DNA from: Trichodesmium erythraeum IMS101
GTDB taxonomy: Bacteria; Cyanobacteriota; Cyanobacteriia; Cyanobacteriales; Microcoleaceae
DNA length: 32,000 nt
Reading direction: 5' to 3'
Assembly (NCBI RefSeq): GCF_000014265.1
Contig: NC_008312.1
Span: 5,310,001 to 5,342,000 of the forward strand
Shown: one piece after another, positions 31,901 through 32,000 of the stretch
How positions within the stretch are numbered: the stretch's first letter is position 1
Layout of the letters: each line of letters opens with the position of its first letter
Position numbers and translations under genes: made by a program
The notes under the pieces: generated by a model
What the model saw: only the letters and a program-made list of their open reading frames with translations
What the model was told of the DNA's origin: nothing
The model's database searches: none

Positions 31901-32000
31901 ATAGAGCCAGACGCTTCTAAGGCTCCTCCTGTTCCTTGGTCTGTATCGCTTGTATTCCCATCATTAATTGTGTAGTTGATAGTTATTGGATCTGAGTTAA
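4909..32000 (-). CDS. Giant RTX-type repetitive adhesin-like protein, a putative T1SS substrate; 5'-partial (N-terminus beyond the window), at least 9,029 codons visible
   Basis: I checked the frame codon by codon from 31531 to 32000 and found no stop. The M at 31530 in the ORF track is an internal GTG (..[11 protein letters not shown]). The stop TAA is at 4909-4911. About 93% of the visible gene is three tandem domain arrays, followed by GGxGxD repeats and a C-terminal tail. The protein is very acidic and rich in Thr, Asp, Asn and Ser. Confidence 0.93.
   Translation of the reverse strand, partial: [9029 protein letters not shown]
4912..5149 (-). other. C-terminal non-repeat tail of the giant protein, the likely T1SS secretion-signal region
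   Basis: The sequence after the last nonapeptide is [27 protein letters not shown]...[11 protein letters not shown]. The ITDFN-x3-D-hydrophobic motif after the RTX block also occurs in the neighbouring RTX protein. Uncleaved C-terminal signals are the rule for RTX/T1SS substrates. Confidence 0.55.
5150..6291 (-). repeat. RTX (hemolysin-type calcium-binding) nonapeptide repeat region of the giant protein
   Basis: The translation runs from [23 protein letters not shown]... to ...[19 protein letters not shown]. It holds dozens of GxxGxD nonapeptides with a few short interruptions, such as [16 protein letters not shown] and [17 protein letters not shown]. Confidence 0.9.
6292..6590 (-). other. 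Pro/Thr-rich linker between the repeat stalk and the RTX region
   Basis: The translation is [99 protein letters not shown]. This segment is unique within the window. Confidence 0.7.
6590..15340 (-). repeat. Array C: 28 tandem units of about 104 aa (312 nt), Ig-like and resembling CshA-type fibril repeats
   Basis: The consensus is [104 protein letters not shown]. I counted 28 units in the translation. The first and last units are the most divergent, and units 5 and 19 are also divergent. Confidence 0.9.
15341..18945 (-). repeat. Array B: 11 tandem units of 109/110 aa (327/330 nt) arranged as 5.5 copies of a 657-nt two-unit repeat; cadherin/Ig-like
   Basis: The unit is [98 protein letters not shown][T/K]DISINP followed by [VNDP | LGNEL]. 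Landmarks recur at 15392, 16049, 16706, 17363, 18020 and 18677, exactly 657 nt apart. Confidence 0.95.
18946..31885 (-). repeat. Array A: about 30 tandem units of 140-145 aa (420-435 nt), bacterial cadherin-like/Ig-like with VND[AP]P linkers
   Basis: The consensus is [145 protein letters not shown]. The conserved nucleotide landmark TTGTATTTGGGCTATGGCTGTCTGATA recurs 30 times between about 19,055 and 31,575. The array starts at [11 protein letters not shown] (about 31,885), after a different segment ([38 protein letters not shown]). Confidence 0.9.

Overview
The window is AT-rich and probably from a cyanobacterium. The evidence for that is the protein families, an ISAs1-type IS and two GCGATCGC/HIP1 octamers, and it is only suggestive. 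About 85% of the window (4909..32000, minus strand) is one uninterrupted reading frame for a giant RTX-type, presumably T1SS-secreted, adhesin-like protein. At least 9,029 codons are visible, and the frame is still open at the window edge, so the true start lies beyond 32000. From N- to C-terminus it contains about 30 cadherin/Ig-like units of 140-145 aa, then 11 nearly identical units of 109 aa, then 28 units of 104 aa resembling CshA-type fibril repeats. After these come a Pro-rich linker, about 1.1 kb of GGxGxD nonapeptide repeats and a C-terminal tail. The arrays show higher-order repeats of 624, 657, 855 and 1,731 nt and near-100% nucleotide identity between copies. A 5'-truncated gene (1..2454, plus strand) converges on the giant gene. 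It encodes a secreted phytase-like / choice-of-anchor-I protein that also carries 12 RTX nonapeptides. Between the two genes lies a 1,849-bp IS-like element with 48-bp imperfect inverted repeats, a 7-bp target-site duplication and a decayed ISAs1-family transposase. The IS is inserted into a short decayed copy of the unit-27/28 junction of the giant gene. I see no T1SS transporter genes, RNA genes or CRISPR array, and no clearly novel multi-gene system. The most interesting content is the repeat architecture and dynamics of the mega-gene and the relic/IS scar downstream of it. All domain-family names come from motif recognition by eye and need HMM confirmation.
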